Shown piece after piece: positions 59,752 to 63,878 of a stretch of DNA of 63,878 bases. The position numbers and the translations under genes were made by a program. Source of the DNA: a virus (Duplodnaviria; Heunggongvirae; Uroviricota; Caudoviricetes); IMG/VR virus record IMGVR_UViG_3300010429_001387, positions 64,001-127,878 of that record. One strand, written 5' to 3'. The notes beneath the pieces were generated by a model. It ran no database searches, was not told where the DNA came from, and worked only from the letters and a program-made list of their open reading frames with translations. Positions within the stretch are counted from its first letter, which is position 1. The number at the start of each line of letters is the position of its first letter.

Positions 59752-60439
59752 ATGGATAAAAGAGTTCAAGGCGAAAGGGAACCGCAACTTCCTCCTCTTC
59801 TCCACATTTTGGACAAGCAGTCAATATAGATGTTTTTGGTCCGTGATCCATATCTTCCTGGAACATGCGGACTCGAGCAAGATCTTTTGCAGGCCATTTC
59901 TTCATTTCTTGAATTAATGTCACAACATCTTTATCACCAACAATTGACCGTGCCCACCGATAGAAATACGCATCAGCAGGATTGTTTTCTTGGAATTTTT
60001 CAACTTCAACTTCATCACCAACAGTGAGAATTCGCAGTTTTACCATTTGTTTCGAAATTGGTAATTCAACATCCTGTATAACTGGGATTCCCTCCGACAG
60101 AGAAACAACATCTAATTTTCGCAAATCAACAACAAAATCAGATTTCTTCAAGCAATGACTACAAACAATATCCTTAACTCGAATTGTTTCAGAATATGAA
60201 TTAATGTATTCCCAAATAATAATATACAGACGATCTCCTAATGTTAGTTGTTTGGGATCGATCCCCTGAACAACTCTCTTTAAAACCGTGAGGAAATTTC
60301 GCTCTAAATTAACCGGATTGATTTGTGCCAGCAGCATTTCATCTTCCCCATTGTATGGGCGAATTGAAATACTTTCTGCCGGAACATTATATGTTCTGCC
60401 TTGTGATGGCAAATTGATAGGTAAATACATATCGCTCAT
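59717..60439 (-). CDS. tail assembly chaperone / hub assembly protein (gp26-like)
   Basis: LPSQGRTY, IRPY...DE, LTLGDR, CSHC, CPKC. Confidence 0.75.
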   Translation of the reverse strand: MSDMYLPINLPSQGRTYNVPAESISIRPYNGEDEMLLAQINPVNLERNFLTVLKRVVQGIDPKQLTLGDRLYIIIWEYINSYSETIRVKDIVCSHCLKKSDFVVDLRKLDVVSLSEGIPVIQDVELPISKQMVKLRILTVGDEVEVEKFQENNPADAYFYRWARSIVGDKDVVTLIQEMKKWPAKDLARVRMFQEDMDHGPKTSILTACPKCGEEEEVAVPFRLELFYPYGEDLRNCFKS

Positions 60440-60462
60440 TTCTCTTTCTCCTTGTCATGTTA

Positions 60463-61137
60463 TTATCCAAATAGAACATTGCCAGATTCAGTTAATGTAC
60501 TATCCCCCAATAAACCACCGACTGAGCCTAATGATGCAAGTGTATCCTTAACCACACTATTGTTGAAAATAGCAGATCTTACGGAGCCAATTAAGCTGTA
60601 TGTCTTAATTTCATCAACATTAACATTAAAACTGATTCGTTGAAGATCATCTGCCCCATAACTGGGATCAAAGACTGGACGTTGGACAACAAATGCACCC
60701 TTTAATTCAAATCGAACGGATTCAACACCCGAACGATCATAATAATGAACATAGATTGTTTTCTTGTAGCGATTTTTTGGAGAATAATATCCCTCCTTTG
60801 AGATCATTAATTCATACCACCCATTGAAATAATCCAAAACGGAATTATCAATAGGCATTACAAATGTCATGCCAACATTATTGATTGTTTGGATGCCAGC
60901 GTAGAATCTTTGGAATGCTCCATACTGCATTGTACTCAGTGAAGAAATGCTGTAATCACCAAATCGGATGTCTTGACAATACGGCGAAATTAAATGCCCT
61001 AAAACCCCATTAATGAAGTTCGGCATGAATAATTGCCACTGATATTTTCTCTGCAGAATCCAAGTCTTCGATAATGTTGAATATGTTATCCCTGAAATAT
61101 CAAATCCAATAGGTTGTATTCTTGGGATACCAGCCAT
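60463..61137 (-). CDS. tail-tube-like paralog (gp54/gp19 family)
   Basis: YQWQLF, YSPKNRYKK, FELKGAF; directly after the tube gene. Confidence 0.55.
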   Translation of the reverse strand: MAGIPRIQPIGFDISGITYSTLSKTWILQRKYQWQLFMPNFINGVLGHLISPYCQDIRFGDYSISSLSTMQYGAFQRFYAGIQTINNVGMTFVMPIDNSVLDYFNGWYELMISKEGYYSPKNRYKKTIYVHYYDRSGVESVRFELKGAFVVQRPVFDPSYGADDLQRISFNVNVDEIKTYSLIGSVRSAIFNNSVVKDTLASLGSVGGLLGDSTLTESGNVLFG

Positions 61138-61138
61138 G

Positions 61139-61657
61139 TTAACTCACTTCTTCCCATCTATCATATGCCCACGTAACTGGGAATACCAACTCACCAGTAT
61201 CATCATAGGACATACTAACTTCTGCAATGTCAGCAGGGTAACACCCAATAAGTTGGATAGTTAACCACGTATCACCAGCTTGTGTCAATGTTTTGAAATA
61301 GATATCTGATTTGATAGTTGTATCTAATCCACCAACACCAGTCCGAGCATTAACAATTGCCTGATGCCAACCATACAATGCATCAAATGTTTGTTTGTCT
61401 GTAGATTCAACAAACACAGTACGCCAGGAATGTGACATTTGCAATTTACCAGGATAAATCAATCCAGGTGTGCCTTTGTATGGCAGTATGATTTCTCCCA
61501 CAGATCGGCCTGGCAGTCCAGCCGATCGACATCTAGTATCTAGAACATCAGCATTACCACCGCCAATTGGATTAACAAACATTGCTTCCCACAGCCACAA
61601 TTTAGCTGGATTGGAAAGGTTGGTTTTAAGGGTATCGGCTCCCATGTTTGCTGCCAT
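61139..61657 (-). CDS. tail tube protein (gp19-like)
   Basis: CRSAGLPG, LIGCYP, FPVTWAYD; follows the sheath gene. Confidence 0.85.
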   Translation of the reverse strand: MAANMGADTLKTNLSNPAKLWLWEAMFVNPIGGGNADVLDTRCRSAGLPGRSVGEIILPYKGTPGLIYPGKLQMSHSWRTVFVESTDKQTFDALYGWHQAIVNARTGVGGLDTTIKSDIYFKTLTQAGDTWLTIQLIGCYPADIAEVSMSYDDTGELVFPVTWAYDRWEEVS

Positions 61658-61700
61658 TTGAAACTCCTTTTATAAATGCAGTTATCCTTAAATTACTCTA

Positions 61701-63323
61701 TTACAGCAGACTGCCCCTGGCAATTAATTCCTGGAACGATGCGGCAGTTGGTGTAATAATTGACCGCAACAGGATCTTTTCAGCTGCACGAGCAGGTTTA
61801 ATAAATACGTCAATATTAAGTTGCAAATCATCAATTACATTAGGAGTATTGTTTGTCGCATCGCACACAACATGGAAACCTTCATCCCCACCCTCTGTCT
61901 GGAAAGCACCTTGAGCAGACAATCCACTAAGATATGAATCTAGCAATGCTTTTGCTCGGAATCTAGTTGTTTCGTTGTTATTCTCAAATACAAACGGTCG
62001 CAACGAAATAGCCATTGCCTTTTCAATAACAATCAACAGACGCCGAACATTAACACTTGAGAGAGCAGAGGTTTTCTTTTGGAGAGTTTTCTGGCCCCAG
62101 ATCACATTACCTTCACCACGGAACATTTGCACCGGATTAATCTGCAGTGGATACAGAACATCACGTTCGCCCTGTGTAAACACATAGGATGTGGAGATGA
62201 TATCAAGTTGTCCCCTACGGAAACCAGCAGGAGCATTCCAAGGATTTCCAACATAATCATTGTATGCCATTTGTCCTGCAACATGCCCTGACGGTGGAAC
62301 ATAGATAAGCTTGTCATTGTATTGGTCGTAGATTTGCAGCCACGGAGTATACAATGCACAGTAAGAGCTATTGAAGTTCTGAGTTGTAGAACGGAATGTG
62401 GTCATGTCTGTTACTGACTGCACAGAAGCCCAAGGAATATCCAACACAGCAATACAATCTGCTCGAGCTTCCGCAACAGTTTTCATTTTAGTTTGAACCG
62501 TAACAGATGTCTCGCCTCCATTGATGAGAATTCGAATATCAATATCATCAGGATTTGCAAATTCATTCCATCCTGTCACTAAATCAGAATCCGAAATAGC
62601 ACTTCCATCAGAACCTTCTTCTAAATCTAAACGTGTTGCTTGCTCTTTAGGCAGTGCTGTATCAGCTAAAGAAGTATTATCTGCAACAAGGATATATTTG
62701 CTGACACCATTAATTTTATCTTCCAGATAGAGATCTTTACCAAAACCATCTACTTTCGTCTTACGTGAGACCGTCCATCTTTCAACTTCACTGTAATTCC
62801 CATCTGCATCCTGCCAATATACAACAATATCAAATGTATATTGATCTGTGGGAACTTCATCGGAACCATCTTTGACATTTTCAATTGTTACACCGATTTT
62901 ATCATTCCAAACCCCAGGATTAGCCCCCACCACTTGAAACAGCACATCAGCATCTAATCCCGAATCCACATCAAAGGCCGAAGAAGATTTTCCAGTTGAA
63001 ATTGCTGCATTGGATTCAGATGATGTCGAAACCATAATATTAACACCACCATACAAAGCACCATTCTCAACCCGGAGGCAATACAAAGTATTTCCACGAG
63101 CTAAATATGCTAATGCAGCGTAATGAAAATAGTGTCCTGATGTTGGGTCTGGTTCACCATACTCATCAATAAATTGCTGATCACTAGTAATAAGAGTTAT
63201 GGCATCCGAACTTCCTTTTGCTGAATATCCGACAATTGCAGCAGATGCAGATGCTATGGTTGGGACGATATCACTGATATCTTTTTCGTTTACATAAACT
63301 CCAGGACTTAAAAGTACAGGCAT
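61701..63323 (-). CDS. tail sheath protein (gp18-like)
   Basis: SPGVYVNEKDIS; VPPSG; WNAPAGFRRG; WGQKTL; VNVRRL; VFENN. Confidence 0.95.
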   Translation of the reverse strand: MPVLLSPGVYVNEKDISDIVPTIASASAAIVGYSAKGSSDAITLITSDQQFIDEYGEPDPTSGHYFHYAALAYLARGNTLYCLRVENGALYGGVNIMVSTSSESNAAISTGKSSSAFDVDSGLDADVLFQVVGANPGVWNDKIGVTIENVKDGSDEVPTDQYTFDIVVYWQDADGNYSEVERWTVSRKTKVDGFGKDLYLEDKINGVSKYILVADNTSLADTALPKEQATRLDLEEGSDGSAISDSDLVTGWNEFANPDDIDIRILINGGETSVTVQTKMKTVAEARADCIAVLDIPWASVQSVTDMTTFRSTTQNFNSSYCALYTPWLQIYDQYNDKLIYVPPSGHVAGQMAYNDYVGNPWNAPAGFRRGQLDIISTSYVFTQGERDVLYPLQINPVQMFRGEGNVIWGQKTLQKKTSALSSVNVRRLLIVIEKAMAISLRPFVFENNNETTRFRAKALLDSYLSGLSAQGAFQTEGGDEGFHVVCDATNNTPNVIDDLQLNIDVFIKPARAAEKILLRSIITPTAASFQELIARGSLL

Positions 63324-63351
63324 GTGTTTCCTCCTTGAGTACTAAATTCCA

Positions 63352-63759
63352 CTACCTCAATTCTTTTTTAAGATCAACTTCCACAGTAAAAACTTCAACC
63401 ATATGTTTGTTATTGGTTGCAATAAAATCACGATGAAATTCCACTTTCGTCATGCTTTTCTTTTCGATGCTCCACTTTCCAAACATTTTATTTAATGCAT
63501 CATCAGCCAAACGATCCACAAATTGAGCAGGAGTTACTTTATGAGCCCACCGACTCTTTTCAGGATCCTTATGCTTAATTGTAATCTTACCCCAATGTCG
63601 GATTCGTTCTAACCAACCTGGAATTGTAACATCGAAAGTACATGGAAGAATCTCTGGTGTCGCTAATTCAGACCGCAATTGTTTAATCTGACTAGCACTG
63701 AGAGCCTCTGTTAACAGAGGATTTCGTTCCATAATATAGATAAATATATCATCAAACAT
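63352..63759 (-). CDS. hypothetical protein upstream of sheath
   Basis: 135 aa ORF. Confidence 0.5.
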   Translation of the reverse strand: MFDDIFIYIMERNPLLTEALSASQIKQLRSELATPEILPCTFDVTIPGWLERIRHWGKITIKHKDPEKSRWAHKVTPAQFVDRLADDALNKMFGKWSIEKKSMTKVEFHRDFIATNNKHMVEVFTVEVDLKKELR

Positions 63760-63878
63760 TGTTGGTCCTGGATTATAAATAGTCTCGTTTAACTGTTTGT
63801 TTTAACTGTTGTTCAGGGACAGGATTACGATAACAATCAAAATATCCTCCAACATGTGCAGGTGCACCTTGGAGAGAT

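Noticed and set aside
1-63878. Stop-codon reassignment
   Set aside because: Conserved enzymes are full length under the standard code, and TAA, TAG and TGA all end tightly tiled genes

Overview
About 64 kb fragment of a large, AT-rich, contractile-tailed bacteriophage. It uses the standard code, and no integrase, capsid, terminase or DNA polymerase gene was recognised in the window. Almost everything is on the minus strand. In transcription order: (1) tail sheath, tube, chaperone, tape measure, T4-like baseplate and fibre genes (63.3-47.2 kb); (2) an abutting ~17 kb glycan-building cluster with about 6 glycosyltransferases, 2 Maf/DUF115-like proteins, LicD, a TagD-like cytidylyltransferase, SDRs, RmlC/RmlD-like enzymes, a UDP-GlcNAc 2-epimerase, 2 methyltransferases and a radical SAM enzyme (47.2-30.2 kb); (3) nucleotide metabolism (dCMP deaminase, class II RNR, NDT-like protein, HTH-metallophosphoesterase); (4) a plus-strand island of small early-type genes headed by DUF932 (21.6-26.1 kb); (5) small ORFs, six tRNAs, an RNA-repair set (RtcB, Rnl2-type ligase, RlaP-like nucleotidyltransferase), a sigma factor and replication genes. 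The main highlights are the glycosylation cluster coupled to the fibre genes, a dispersed 43-bp promoter/inverted-repeat cassette (GGTTTCTC-N27-GAGAAACC), two tRNA-Leu genes lacking the long variable arm, and a Zn-finger protein ending in an SSB-tail-like DDEIPW. All family assignments come from motif recognition by eye, not from database searches.
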